Assembly: GCA_963678065.2 (NCBI GenBank)
Contig: CAXXVZ010000002.1
Span: 512,001-576,000, forward strand
DNA from: Treponemataceae bacterium
GTDB lineage: Bacteria; Spirochaetota; Spirochaetia; Treponematales; Rectinemataceae
Length of the DNA: 64,000 nucleotides
Direction of reading: 5' to 3'
Position numbers and translations under genes: made by a program. Shown here in pieces: positions 1-10,271 of this stretch; positions within the stretch are counted from its first letter, which is position 1; every line of letters begins with the position of its first letter. The notes beneath the pieces were generated by a model, which did no database searches, was not told the DNA's origin, and was given only the letters and a program-made list of their open reading frames with translations.

Positions 1-91
1 GGAACGAAAAAACATGCTCCCTTCTTCCCGTGTCCCGATTTCGCGAAGCACGGCTCAACATCCTGATTCTCAACAATCTCCGATGCAGTCT

Positions 92-1387
92 CTACTCGTT
101 CAACAGCCTGTTGACGCGCTTTTCCGCGTCGGCAAAGAGGGTGTCGATATCCTGGCCCGTCACCCAGGCCGCATCCAGCGCCTTCGTGATTACATTCGCG
201 GCCTCGGTGTAGCCGGGATTCAAGGGACGTTTCGTTGCGTACACCATCTGGTCAACCGCAACTTTGAACTGCGGCGTCGATGCGTAGAGAGCCTTCATCG
301 CAGGCGATTCTACCGCGCTCCTGCGGCTCGGCATGTAGCCGGTAAAGGCGCTGGCATACGCGGTCTGCTCGGTGGCTGTCATCCATTTCACGAACTCCCA
401 TGCCGCGTCCTTGTTCCGCTTGTCGACCTTGCCGGAGATGGAGAGGTTTGAGCCGCCGGAGGGGACTCCGTATCTGACGCCCTTGGGCATGAAGGCGGTG
501 TTGATCTCGAAGTTGTTCGACTTGGCGATGCCCCTGTAGGTCGTGAGGCCCGCGGTGGTCTGGAACCACATACCGCATTTCTGGTTCATGATGTCCGCGG
601 TGGTTTTCGAAACATCGGCGCTGGCGACTATCCGGATGAGACCGGCATTTTTCAGATCATTGAAGAACTTGACCGCATCGCGGGCAGCCGCGCTGTTGAT
701 GTTGCTCGATTTCTCGTCATCGGAGAGGACAGTCGTACCGGCCTGCATGAGCAAGGCCTCGTAGACCCAGACATCCGACCAGATGGTCATGCCGAAAAGT
801 CCAGTTTTTTCCTTGATCGTCCTGCAGTACGAAGCGAGTTCGTCCCACGTCCTGGGGCCGGCAGGATCGAGCCCCGCTTTCCTGAGCACTGTCGTATTCA
901 TGTACAGGATCGGCGTGCTACGAAGGAAGGGCAGACTGTAGAGCTTCCCGCCGACATAGGAGTTGCCCATGAGTCCTTTCTGAAAATCCGAGAGGTCGAA
1001 TTTGTCGCGGGCGACGAGTTCGTCCACCGGATCGATCAGGCCGTTCATCGCGAAGGCTCCGACAGACCCTATCTCCGTCACCACGACCTCGGGAGCTTTG
1101 CCGGCGATGGAGGCAGCCTGGAATTTCTGGTTCAGCTCCGCATAGCCGCCCTGATACTCGGCCGTGACATGGATCCCCTTCTCTTTGCCGACAGTTTCGT
1201 TGAACTTCTTCGTCAGATAGGTATTGTTTTCCTGGACCACACCGGCATAGGCATACCAGAAGAGAATCTCGGTTGGCGCCTTCGCGCCATTCCCTGCCTG
1301 TGCGGCGAGATTCCCCGACCCCAGAGCGCCTGCGCAGAACAGCGCCGATATCAACAGTGCGCGAAATCTTCGTACCTGGTTTTTCAT
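92..1387 (-). CDS. ABC transporter substrate-binding protein, UgpB/glycerol-3-phosphate-like (CUT1)
   Basis: Signal-peptide-like N-terminus; LYSLPFLRSTPILYMN and AWEFVKWMT...TGYMP motifs of family-1 extracellular binding proteins; last gene of an ABC cluster. Confidence 0.85.
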   Translation of the reverse strand: MKNQVRRFRALLISALFCAGALGSGNLAAQAGNGAKAPTEILFWYAYAGVVQENNTYLTKKFNETVGKEKGIHVTAEYQGGYAELNQKFQAASIAGKAPEVVVTEIGSVGAFAMNGLIDPVDELVARDKFDLSDFQKGLMGNSYVGGKLYSLPFLRSTPILYMNTTVLRKAGLDPAGPRTWDELASYCRTIKEKTGLFGMTIWSDVWVYEALLMQAGTTVLSDDEKSSNINSAAARDAVKFFNDLKNAGLIRIVASADVSKTTADIMNQKCGMWFQTTAGLTTYRGIAKSNNFEINTAFMPKGVRYGVPSGGSNLSISGKVDKRNKDAAWEFVKWMTATEQTAYASAFTGYMPSRRSAVESPAMKALYASTPQFKVAVDQMVYATKRPLNPGYTEAANVITKALDAAWVTGQDIDTLFADAEKRVNRLLNE

Positions 1388-1401
1388 CGGAAACTCCTTG
1401 T

Positions 1402-2232
1402 TTATTTTTCACCCATATAGGTGAAGGCCTTGATTATCTGTCGCTGGGCGACGAGGAAAGCGGCGGCTATGGGAAGAATGAGCAGCAGGTTGCCCGCCAT
1501 GACCGTATGGTACGTGATGCCGCTTCCCACCATCCGCAGAGAGGCGATGCCCAGAGGCAGTGTGCGCACCGCGTCGCTCGTCGTGAGAACAAGGGGCCAG
1601 AAGTAATCGTTCCACGTCGAAATGAAGGTGAGAAGGGCGAGTGTGACGAGGGTCGGCCGCGCGATGGGCAGCATGATCTCGATCATGATCCGGAGTTCGC
1701 CCGCCCTGTCGAGGCGCGCGGCCTCGAGGACTTCTTCCGGCACCTGCCTGAAGGTCTGCCTGAGCATGAATATGCCGAAAGCGCTCGCAGCCGAGGGCAG
1801 GATCAGCGATGCGTAGTGGTTGATCATCCCGAAGCGGCCCATGAGGAGGAATACCGGCAGAAAGACGAGCTGGGCGGGGATCATCACTGTGGCGAGAGTC
1901 ATTCCGAACAGGAGGTTCTGTCCCTTGAAGGTGAATCGCGCGAATGCATAGGCAGCGGGAATGACGGTGAGACACTGGCAGAAAATTATCGAGGTGGAAA
2001 CGATGAGGCTGTTGCAAAGATACCTCAGGAAGGGAATCGTGGTGAAAGCGACGGCAAAGTTTTCCCAGTGGGGAAGCGAAACCCAGAAAGTCGGAGGAAA
2101 GCGGAGGGTTTCACCCTGGGATTTCAGGGCGGTCAGCGCCATCCAGTAAAAGGGCACAAGGTAGACGAGGACTATCGCCGCCGAGGCGATTGCGCGGGCG
2201 ATGATCGAGAGCGCTTTTGCTTTCGTTTTCAT
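1402..2232 (-). CDS. Carbohydrate ABC permease (UgpE/MalG-like)
   Basis: C-terminal 276 aa of track ORF 1402..3144, starting at MKTKAK; EAA loop EEVLEAARLDRA and FISTWNDYFWPL. Confidence 0.88.
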   Translation of the reverse strand: MKTKAKALSIIARAIASAAIVLVYLVPFYWMALTALKSQGETLRFPPTFWVSLPHWENFAVAFTTIPFLRYLCNSLIVSTSIIFCQCLTVIPAAYAFARFTFKGQNLLFGMTLATVMIPAQLVFLPVFLLMGRFGMINHYASLILPSAASAFGIFMLRQTFRQVPEEVLEAARLDRAGELRIMIEIMLPIARPTLVTLALLTFISTWNDYFWPLVLTTSDAVRTLPLGIASLRMVGSGITYHTVMAGNLLLILPIAAAFLVAQRQIIKAFTYMGEK

Positions 2233-2243
2233 GGTGTGCGCCT

Positions 2244-3110
2244 TTAGCGGTAATGGACCCTGCGGTCGAGCATCCGGAAATACAGTAGCGTGAATATTCC
2301 GACGAGCAGCATCAGGATGACTCCGACGGCCGACGCGTAGCCGATCTTGAAAAACTGGAATCCGTACTGGTAGATATAATGGACAAGGGTATTGGTGGAG
2401 TTGACCGGTCCTCCCTGGGTCATGATGCTGACTGTCTCGAAGGCCTTGAACGACGCGATGATGTTGGTCAGCGCCAGGAAGAAAAGCGTCGGCGACAGCA
2501 TCGGCAGGGTGATGGAGCGGAATACGGCTAAGGGCTTTGCCTTGTCGAGAGCGGCGGCCTCGTACAGGTATGCCGGTATGGACTGCAGGGCGGAGACGAA
2601 GATCAGGGTGTCGAAACCGAGACCTTTCCACACCGAGACCATCACGAGCGAATTGAGCGCGACGCGCGGATCGTCGAGCCAGCCGACCGGCGCCAGCCCG
2701 AACAGGCCCAGAAGGTAGTTGAGCAGCCCGAAGTCGGAATCCATAAACCACATCCAGATGAACGATATCGAAACGAGCGAGATGATATAGGGCGCGAAGA
2801 CCGAAGCCTGAAGGAAGCGGTTCATCTTTGTATTCCGGCGCAGGAAGAGGGCGAGGAGGAGCGAGATCGCCACGGACAGGATCACGCTGAGCGCCATGTA
2901 ATACAGAGAATTTCCGAGCACGCGGATGAACTCCCCGCTTGAAGCGAGGTCGGCATAGTTCCGGATTCCGACAAAAACCTTCGGTCCCATCATGTTCCAC
3001 TTGAAAAAGCTCAGGTATAGCATGTAGCCGATCGGGAACAGCGAAAAGACAGCGAAAACGGCCATCGCCGGGGCGACCATCAGGTAGGGGCGAAGCTTCG
3101 CCAGGTTCAT
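2244..3110 (-). CDS. Carbohydrate ABC permease (UgpA/MalF-like)
   Basis: EAA loop LYEAAALDKA, MTQGGPVNSTNTL, multiple TM segments. Confidence 0.9.
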   Translation of the reverse strand: MNLAKLRPYLMVAPAMAVFAVFSLFPIGYMLYLSFFKWNMMGPKVFVGIRNYADLASSGEFIRVLGNSLYYMALSVILSVAISLLLALFLRRNTKMNRFLQASVFAPYIISLVSISFIWMWFMDSDFGLLNYLLGLFGLAPVGWLDDPRVALNSLVMVSVWKGLGFDTLIFVSALQSIPAYLYEAAALDKAKPLAVFRSITLPMLSPTLFFLALTNIIASFKAFETVSIMTQGGPVNSTNTLVHYIYQYGFQFFKIGYASAVGVILMLLVGIFTLLYFRMLDRRVHYR

Positions 3111-4195
3111 GATGCCCCCGCAATCCGGGAACCGTGTGCGTCAAAATAAAAGAGATCCTTCCGGGCGGCGTGCACGATGATCTTCCCGTAGGGTATCCGC
3201 TTGTTCTCGTAGAGCTTCACATTGACGATTTCTCCGCCGCAGTCGGCCTTGTAGAGAACTTCCGAACCCAGCATCTCGTGTGTCGCGAGCATGCCGGAGA
3301 TGGAGAGAGCTCCGGCGGGGACCTCCGCCCGATCGGACACGATGTCCGCTTTCTCGGGGCGAAATCCGACAAAGCGCGTACCACGGGGCAGCGGGGACAG
3401 GATCTTCTCCGTGCCGGCCACTGATTCGACTTTTGTGTCGACGATGTTCATGGGGGGCGTGCCGATAAAACGCGCGCTGAAGGTATTGGCCGGACTCGCG
3501 TACAGCTCTTCGGGGCTCGCTTCCTGACGGATCCGTCCTTTCTCGAAGAGGATGATTTTCGTACCCATCGACATTGCCTCGACCTGATCGTGCGTCACAT
3601 AGACGAAGGTGCTGCCCAGGCGGCGGTGGAGTTCGATGAGTTCCGTCCGCAATTGACTGCGTAACTTCGCGTCGAGGTTGGAGAGAGGCTCGTCCATCAG
3701 AAAGATATGCGGCTGTTTAACCATCGCGCGCGCCAACGCGACCCTCTGCCGCTGGCCGCCCGAAAGGAACTGGGGCTTTTTCTTCATATAATCGCCCAGG
3801 CCCACCATTGCCGCGATCTCGTCGATGCGGCGCGTCCGCTCCGCCTTGGGCACTTTGTGGTTCCTGAGGCCGAACTCGATGTTCCCGTGCACACTCATCG
3901 TCGGATAGAGCGCGTAGTTCTGGAACACCATCGCGATGTCGCGGTCGCCGGGCTCGACCTCGCGCATGCTCCTGCCGTCGATGAAGATGTCGCCCGACGA
4001 GAACTTTTCCAGGCCGGCGATGAGCCGCAGTATCGTCGACTTGCCGCAGCCGGAGGGTCCCAGAAGTACGGTGAAACTCCCTTCTTCTATTTTAAGGTCG
4101 AGTCCGTCGAGCACTTTTTCCGGGCCATAGCTCTTGTGGACGCCGCGCAGTTCTATTGCGGGCGCCATCGCTTCATCATCGGGAAGACCGCTCAC
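3107..4195 (-). CDS. ABC ATPase (UgpC/MalK-like)
   Basis: Walker [26 protein letters not shown], Walker B LMDEPLSNLD, YVTHDQ; GTG start overlaps upstream stop. Confidence 0.93.
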   Translation of the reverse strand: MSGLPDDEAMAPAIELRGVHKSYGPEKVLDGLDLKIEEGSFTVLLGPSGCGKSTILRLIAGLEKFSSGDIFIDGRSMREVEPGDRDIAMVFQNYALYPTMSVHGNIEFGLRNHKVPKAERTRRIDEIAAMVGLGDYMKKKPQFLSGGQRQRVALARAMVKQPHIFLMDEPLSNLDAKLRSQLRTELIELHRRLGSTFVYVTHDQVEAMSMGTKIILFEKGRIRQEASPEELYASPANTFSARFIGTPPMNIVDTKVESVAGTEKILSPLPRGTRFVGFRPEKADIVSDRAEVPAGALSISGMLATHEMLGSEVLYKADCGGEIVNVKLYENKRIPYGKIIVHAARKDLFYFDAHGSRIAGAS

Positions 4196-5022
4196 TCGAT
4201 GAATCCCCGCCCGGCCAGATAGGTGGCTCCCCGCTCGATGGCGCGGTGATCGCGCAGTTCGAGAATCATGCGTGGGCTTTGTTCCAGCATGTCGATCGCT
4301 TCGAAGAGTGCGTGCCAGTTGACCTCGCCATCGCCCGGCGCCCAGTGCCGGTCGGTCTGCCCGTCGGAATCCTGGATGTGCATATGCTCAAGGAGCGGCC
4401 CCGCATCGCGCACCCACTGGTCGGGCGTCGGTCCGCCGAGCTTGTGCGTGATGAATGCGTGACCGACATCGAGGCTCATCCTGACGTACTCCGAATCGAA
4501 GGAGCGGATGAGGTCGAGAAGGGGCACAGTGTTGGTGTCCTGGACATTCTCGATCACGAGAACGCATTTCGCGGCTTCAGCCAGGCCAACTATCTCATCC
4601 AGGACAGCATGGACAGTGGCTTTTTCGTCGAACATGCCCTTCGGCCCTGAATCGATCGAGAAAGGGCTCGCCCCGAAAAACACATAGGGGCTGTGGATGA
4701 CCATGTATCCGGCGCCCAACTCGGCAGCGAATTCGAGGGACTGGCGCAGGCGGGCGATTACGATTTCGCATAACTTCCTGTCGAAACCGGCGCGGAGGCT
4801 GAAACCGATGAAGGGGCCGTGGACTCCCAACCTGCCCGTGTAGCCGGAAAGCGTCTCGCGCGCCTGGCGGACGAGAGCCTTCCAGTCGCCGTCGAGAACC
4901 GCGGGGATGGCGGGATCCTGGATCTCGATGTCGCGCTGCCCCGATATCAGCCAGTCGCGATGCTCACCGAGCGAGCGAATGGGCATTGCCGCCCCGATGC
5001 GGGGTTTCGAGCCGCCTTCCAT
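4192..5022 (-). CDS. Sugar-phosphate isomerase/epimerase family (AP-endonuclease-2 TIM barrel)
   Basis: VHGPF, VIHS, IENV, LDVGH, HMHIQD..DRHWAPGDG, ILE metal motifs; start set at MEGGSK downstream of GGAGG. Confidence 0.8.
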   Translation of the reverse strand: MEGGSKPRIGAAMPIRSLGEHRDWLISGQRDIEIQDPAIPAVLDGDWKALVRQARETLSGYTGRLGVHGPFIGFSLRAGFDRKLCEIVIARLRQSLEFAAELGAGYMVIHSPYVFFGASPFSIDSGPKGMFDEKATVHAVLDEIVGLAEAAKCVLVIENVQDTNTVPLLDLIRSFDSEYVRMSLDVGHAFITHKLGGPTPDQWVRDAGPLLEHMHIQDSDGQTDRHWAPGDGEVNWHALFEAIDMLEQSPRMILELRDHRAIERGATYLAGRGFIE

Positions 5023-5260
5023 ATTATTGCCTCCGGTAGTCTTCGGTTCTCTTCGTGTCGCGGAACGCTTTTTGCCCCGCCAACACGAGCCTACAGGAGT
5101 CTCGTGTTGATCACGTGTTGATTTCATGGAGAATCGGTCAGGCTTCTGTCAATTCGAGCCTTCGCTCCGATTCCCCTGCTCCGGAACACGACCTGCCCGC
5201 CCCATGCGGGCAAGTCCGGGGTGTCCTGCCTGGGCGGGACCGCTCATACGCCAAGAAGTC

Positions 5261-6445
5261 TCACTTGCCAGGCCGGGGATAGAGCGCATAAAGAACGGCG
5301 GCGCCCCAGGTCAGTGGAGCATCGGGTTTGGCCGGATCGACATTCCACATGCAGTTGCGCACGGACATGGTTCTGGATGTGGGGTCGATGCTGACGAGGT
5401 CGAAAGACAGTTTGGTTTCGTCCGTGGACGAGACAGTACCTTTCATGGGGGAATCGACGCCGACAGTATGAAGGACGACACCATTGTCCGGACCGGTCCA
5501 GTCGTAGTAACGGTTCAGATGATCGTTGCCGTGAAAATAAGCCGAGACATTGGAATGCCTGATCAGGAATTTTTCAAAATTCTGTTGCTCGATGGTGTTC
5601 GGGGAATCCACGGTTTTCCCGCCGGCCAGCTGATCGGCCAACAGGTTTTCGAACTTGTCGGTGGAATTGATGTCGTGCTTCCCGTTGGGGTTCGTGAAGT
5701 GCTTCGACTCCCCCGCCGGCTGATCGTGGCTGAACAGGATAACCGGAGTCTGGGGGCTGACGTTTTTGAGATCCTTGTCCATCCAGCCGATATTTTCCGA
5801 ATCGGGCCACATAGTGATGAAAATGAAGTGAATGCCCCCGAAATCGCAGGAGTAATTCACGCGATCCGTGGCGTAGTTCCAGCTTGCATTTGTCTCCGGC
5901 ACGGAGGGATTCATCATCCGGTTATAGATCTCCACCATGGACGTCGGGTCGGTGACAGGTGTCATCGTCTTGTAAAAACCGATCGCGTTCGTGAGATCGT
6001 GATTGCCGGGAATAATGAAAAGCGGAGTCTTCTTGCCGGATCTGTCGCTCAGATTCAGGGAGTCGATGTAGCCCGCCTGAAATTGCTTCCATGAGGCGGA
6101 GGCGCTTTGAATGGCGGTAGCTCCGGCTCCTTCCTCGCGATTGGCGATGTCGCCGCCTTCGACAATGAAGTCGATGGGGCCGACGATTTTGTTTCCGTTT
6201 ACGCCACCGTCATCCGGCAGGGTTATCGCGGAAATCGTGTTCATCTTGGCGATCATGGCAGCGTTGACGATGGCGCTGCTCACCTTGGTTGCGCTCCGGA
6301 AATTGGCCCGTGTAATACCATAATGGGCATCGGAGGTAAAAATGAACTGGATGGCGTCGGGTGCCGCGGTCTGGGCAAACGACAGCCCCATTCCCGCGGA
6401 TAAAATGAGAAATGCGGTCAACAGGACTTTTGCGAGTCGATTCAT
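5261..6445 (-). CDS. Exported metallophosphoesterase (calcineurin-like)
   Basis: Signal peptide MNRLAKVLL...FAQ; SDAH, GGDIAN, PGNHD, SHD, HGNDH motifs. Confidence 0.8.
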   Translation of the reverse strand: MNRLAKVLLTAFLILSAGMGLSFAQTAAPDAIQFIFTSDAHYGITRANFRSATKVSSAIVNAAMIAKMNTISAITLPDDGGVNGNKIVGPIDFIVEGGDIANREEGAGATAIQSASASWKQFQAGYIDSLNLSDRSGKKTPLFIIPGNHDLTNAIGFYKTMTPVTDPTSMVEIYNRMMNPSVPETNASWNYATDRVNYSCDFGGIHFIFITMWPDSENIGWMDKDLKNVSPQTPVILFSHDQPAGESKHFTNPNGKHDINSTDKFENLLADQLAGGKTVDSPNTIEQQNFEKFLIRHSNVSAYFHGNDHLNRYYDWTGPDNGVVLHTVGVDSPMKGTVSSTDETKLSFDLVSIDPTSRTMSVRNCMWNVDPAKPDAPLTWGAAVLYALYPRPGK

Positions 6446-6531
6446 GCGATGGCTCCTCTTTTCCTGGAAGGATTGTGTGCGCACATATCTTCCCGCTTCG
6501 CCATCAGCATTTGATTATCGATGTGTCAGAA

Positions 6532-6569
6532 ATGCAACAACCCCGCGGCACGCCGCGGGGTTGTTGCAT
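6532..6569. terminator. Perfect 18-bp inverted repeat between the two phosphoesterase genes; terminator or mRNA-stabilising hairpin
   Basis: ATGCAACAACCCCGCGGC-ac-GCCGCGGGGTTGTTGCAT. Confidence 0.6.
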
Positions 6570-6599
6570 CTATGGAGAATTGGTAGTTAGCGAATCGGA

Positions 6600-7589
6600 T
6601 CAGGGAAGGGTGGACGAGAGAACATAGCTCTTGACGCCGCCATTCCCGGCGATCGCGATCTGGAACTTCCTGCCGTCCTGGTAGACATCGACCGTAGCGT
6701 ACTGGTTGTGGTACGAGGCGTCATTCCCGTAGGCGGCGCTGGCCTGCAGCGTGATGTAGTGGATGCCGTTGACCTGCTGGTAGCCGCCGTCGTGGTAATG
6801 CCCCGCGATCGCGGCCATCACGAGTCCGCTCTTCTCGAGTATCGGGCGGACATCCGCGGCGTTCTTGATCGAGTGCGCGGGATCGAAGGCGGAGTCGACC
6901 TGCTCCTCGGGATTGAGAAGTTGGTGGGTAAACACGATAGTCGGCAGTTTTGTCGCCGCGAGGTCGGCCTTGAGCCAGGCGAGTTCGGCCGCGGGGATAT
7001 TCGCGTCGGACCAGAGGTAGCCGTAGCCAGCCGAGCCGGGCAGGCCCGAGTAGGCATTTCCGCCGGAAGTATAGCTGGCGTCGAGGACGATGAAGTGAAC
7101 GCCGTCCTGGTCGTAGGAATAGTAATACTGACCCGCCGGGAGCCTGATGCCGCTGTTCGGGGCTCTGGAACCCACATCTTCCTTCGAGAGTTGGTCTGTG
7201 TCGTGATTCCCGAGGACATGGTAGCGGGGGCCCTTGAAGACGGAGAGTTTCCCCTCAGCGTTGTCCAGGAAGCCGAGGACGGCGGCCTTGCGCCTGTCGT
7301 AGGAGAGGCTCCCGTCGGCGGGATTGTCCGTGAAATCGCCCAGTTCGGCGACGAAGGCCGCGCCCGCTTTGTTCATGGCCTGGGCAAAAGCCTCGATCTT
7401 CGCGGGGCCGCCCGAGAAGTACCGCGGCGCGGCGACAAGGGAAATAGCAGGCGATTGGTCGGCCTTATCACAGACGTGCGTGTCGGTGATCAGACCGAAG
7501 CGCACAAGCCTGACGGCCTGCGCGTTGACGGCTGTCCCGGCGGCGATAAAGGCCCCGACGAGACACAGGGTGCGGATGAATGTTCGCAT
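6600..7589 (-). CDS. Exported metallophosphoesterase (calcineurin-like)
   Basis: Signal peptide; canonical DTH, GDFTD, GNHD, THQ, GHYH motifs. Confidence 0.85.
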   Translation of the reverse strand: MRTFIRTLCLVGAFIAAGTAVNAQAVRLVRFGLITDTHVCDKADQSPAISLVAAPRYFSGGPAKIEAFAQAMNKAGAAFVAELGDFTDNPADGSLSYDRRKAAVLGFLDNAEGKLSVFKGPRYHVLGNHDTDQLSKEDVGSRAPNSGIRLPAGQYYYSYDQDGVHFIVLDASYTSGGNAYSGLPGSAGYGYLWSDANIPAAELAWLKADLAATKLPTIVFTHQLLNPEEQVDSAFDPAHSIKNAADVRPILEKSGLVMAAIAGHYHDGGYQQVNGIHYITLQASAAYGNDASYHNQYATVDVYQDGRKFQIAIAGNGGVKSYVLSSTLP

Positions 7590-7671
7590 GTTTCCTCCAG
7601 CGGAATCAAAAGATGAATGGAACGATAAACGTATCGGGTCAGGCGTGTATCAACCGTCTGTCAGAAGCAGG

Positions 7672-9378
7672 TCATTTTGCCATCAGCTCGACGAGACTCT
7701 GGGACAGGTACCACTTCGTTCCGTTGAAGACAGCCACGCCGTCGGAATCGACCTGTGCGCCGTTCAGGAATGCGATACTCTTGTTGCGGGGAATCCTGAG
7801 AGTATTCTTGCCATCCTTCGACACCGCCACCAGGACCGGGTTCTCGGCGTCGGTCTTGTCCTCGCTGACCGTCGCTCCCAATTTTTCGAAAGAAGACTTG
7901 GCTTCGACAAAGAGCCGGGCGGTCGTCGCGTCCAAATCAAGACCCATCGACGCGGCCATGTATTTCGCCACGCCGGTGTTGTCGATCCAGCCTGTGGGAC
8001 GGGCACCGGAGGGATCGTAGGCGTAGAGCACGACATCTTCGCCGGTATGGCCGTTGGTGGTGAAGCCGATTTTGGCCCGGGCTGCCAGCATGGGGCCGAC
8101 GGTGTAGTTCATGCTGCCGGCCTTGGTGAAGGCGATGGCCTCGACTTCGGCGGCGGTCAGATCCGCGATGCCGTAGTAGTCGGCCATGACTTTTTTGATA
8201 TCGGCGACTTTGTCGGGATTGACCATCATGGTCGAAGTATCCTTGCCTTCGGCGTCTTTTTTAGCGACAAGCATGGAGGCGGGCAGCAGGGCCTCGAGGC
8301 CTTCGCCGGTCAGCCTGGCTTTCTTTATCGGGTTGACGAACGCGGAGAAATTGGTCTTGTCGTAGCCCGAGCTCAGAGAGCGGTCGGCGATAGAGATGCC
8401 TGAGTTGCCGTGGTCGGACAGGGCGATGACGATGGTGCTTTTGCCGGCTTTGGCAAAGTCGAGGGCCGTCTGCACCGCTCCGTCGAAGGCCAGAATGTCG
8501 CTGACGATGCCCGCGGGGTCATTGGCGTGGGCCGCCCAGTCGACCTTGGATCCCTCGACCATCAGGAAGAAGCCATTCGGGTTCCTGCTCAGGATGTCGA
8601 GAGCCTTGGCCGTCATATCGCTCAGGGAGGGCTCGCGGGCCGGGTCGCGGTCGATGTCGTAGGCCATGGCAGTGGCGGAGGCATTTTTCCCGAAAAGCCC
8701 GAACAGCCTGTCGCCGGAAACAGCCTTGAGGCCGGCCGTGTCTTCGACATAGGCGTAGCCGCGCCCGCGCAGCGCTCCCAGCATGTCTTCCTTGTCCTTG
8801 CGCGCCGCGGGACTCAGGTACTTGATGCCGCCGCCCAGAACCACGTTGAGGCCGTTGTAGACGATCTGCTCGGTCAGGTTGTCGTAGTTGCTGCGGCTGA
8901 CATCGTGGGCGGCGAAATCGGCGGGGGTAGCATGCATGAACTCGCTGGTGCTGATCATACCGGTGGACCGGCCGGAGAGGCGGGCGGCTTCCAGGATGGT
9001 GGCCACAGGGCGCAGGTAGTCGCCGCTGGCCGGCTTGCGGACACCAGAAATAGAGTAGTCTTTGCCGAGCGTCGCGACATTGCCGGTCTGGGACTTCCAG
9101 CCGGTGGAATAGGCCGAACCGGCGGGCGCGGAGTCGGCTATCGTGCCGTCCGAGTTCCAGGTACCGACCAGGCCGCAGGAGAGTTCATCCAGAGCCAGAC
9201 TGCCGCCTTTGACAAACCGCGCCAGCGTGGTTCCCGCGACGCTCATGCCGTCGGGAATCATGATGATGACATTCTTGATCGCGCCGCCGGAGGCAGCCTT
9301 GGATTGGGCAAAGGCCGGAACGGCCAAAAGACTCGCGGCCAGAATCAGGCCGCACAGAATGCGTACGCTTCGCTTCAT
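7672..9378 (-). CDS. phoA: Alkaline phosphatase (PhoA family) with C-terminal extra domain
   Basis: Signal peptide; MIPDG, catalytic DSAPAG, HATPA, EGSKVDWAAHAND, SDHG, GHTGEDV. Confidence 0.9.
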   Translation of the reverse strand: MKRSVRILCGLILAASLLAVPAFAQSKAASGGAIKNVIIMIPDGMSVAGTTLARFVKGGSLALDELSCGLVGTWNSDGTIADSAPAGSAYSTGWKSQTGNVATLGKDYSISGVRKPASGDYLRPVATILEAARLSGRSTGMISTSEFMHATPADFAAHDVSRSNYDNLTEQIVYNGLNVVLGGGIKYLSPAARKDKEDMLGALRGRGYAYVEDTAGLKAVSGDRLFGLFGKNASATAMAYDIDRDPAREPSLSDMTAKALDILSRNPNGFFLMVEGSKVDWAAHANDPAGIVSDILAFDGAVQTALDFAKAGKSTIVIALSDHGNSGISIADRSLSSGYDKTNFSAFVNPIKKARLTGEGLEALLPASMLVAKKDAEGKDTSTMMVNPDKVADIKKVMADYYGIADLTAAEVEAIAFTKAGSMNYTVGPMLAARAKIGFTTNGHTGEDVVLYAYDPSGARPTGWIDNTGVAKYMAASMGLDLDATTARLFVEAKSSFEKLGATVSEDKTDAENPVLVAVSKDGKNTLRIPRNKSIAFLNGAQVDSDGVAVFNGTKWYLSQSLVELMAK

Positions 9379-9541
9379 GGTTACTCCTCATTCTACAACG
9401 TGAACGAATCCGGAATACCTGAAAAATCAGGATTTCCGGCGTTGTAGATGAGCAACATAATGAAGAGGGATTGTGTGTCGATGATCACGGCTCCGTTAAT
9501 TTCGGATGAAACCACATTGCCCCGGATGAGATGCCCCGCGC

Positions 9542-10201
9542 CTACTCGTTCAACTCTTCCCTTCGGCCCTCGACCATGTAGATTACAGCCTCGCAGATGT
9601 TCGTCATGTGATCCCCGAGCCGCTCGAGGTCGCCCGAGGTCTGGATTATCTTCGTCGCCGCCTTCACGAGATCGGGATTGCCCTTCATGAGTCCGAGGAC
9701 TTCCTCGACGAGCACGTGGTGTTCGGCGTCTATCGCGTCGTCCATGTGCGCGACTCGCTGCGCGGATTCGACATCCTGGTCGAGGTAGGCCGCAACGGCC
9801 CCGTGGATCATGTCGCGCCCCGCGAGCGCCATCTTCTCGAGCCGCTCGACCTGCCCCACGGATTTCCCGCCCGAAAGCTTGATCGCGGTCTTCGCGAGGT
9901 GGACGGCGTGGTCGCCCGCCCTCTCGAGATTGTCAGTTACCTTGAACAGCGTCACGAGTTCGCGCAGATCCCGCGCGACCGGCTGCTGGGTCGCGATGAG
10001 GATGGCCGCCTGGTCCTCGATCTTGAGCTGGAGGGCGTTCACGACGGCGTCTCCGGCCTTAACCTCGCGCGCGAGTTCCACGTTGCCGGTCTTGAAAGCC
10101 TCCAGGGCCTTCATGAGGTCTTCCTCGACCCGCACGCCCATCGCGAGAACGTCGTGGCGGATTCTGTTCATTTCATCCATCAGCCTGATGCGGTTGCTCA
10201 C
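9542..10201 (-). CDS. phoU: Phosphate signalling protein PhoU
   Basis: QQPVARDLR, LERAGDH, LERLGDHMTNICE; directly downstream of pstB. Confidence 0.95.
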   Translation of the reverse strand: MSNRIRLMDEMNRIRHDVLAMGVRVEEDLMKALEAFKTGNVELAREVKAGDAVVNALQLKIEDQAAILIATQQPVARDLRELVTLFKVTDNLERAGDHAVHLAKTAIKLSGGKSVGQVERLEKMALAGRDMIHGAVAAYLDQDVESAQRVAHMDDAIDAEHHVLVEEVLGLMKGNPDLVKAATKIIQTSGDLERLGDHMTNICEAVIYMVEGRREELNE

Positions 10202-10271
10202 GGCATCCTCCTTCGTCGATCCGGAATGAACCGGCCCGCGTCAAAATGCGGGTTACGCGATCTCATGCGGA

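Noticed and set aside
1..15. Possible minus-strand gene start (MFFRS) at the window edge
   Set aside because: Only five codons visible; cannot be called
1402..3144. Apparent 580-aa permease and similar over-long track ORFs (24310-25722, 32569-34620, 38257-39720, 55425-57389)
   Set aside because: N-terminal parts overlap real genes in other frames; true starts are internal
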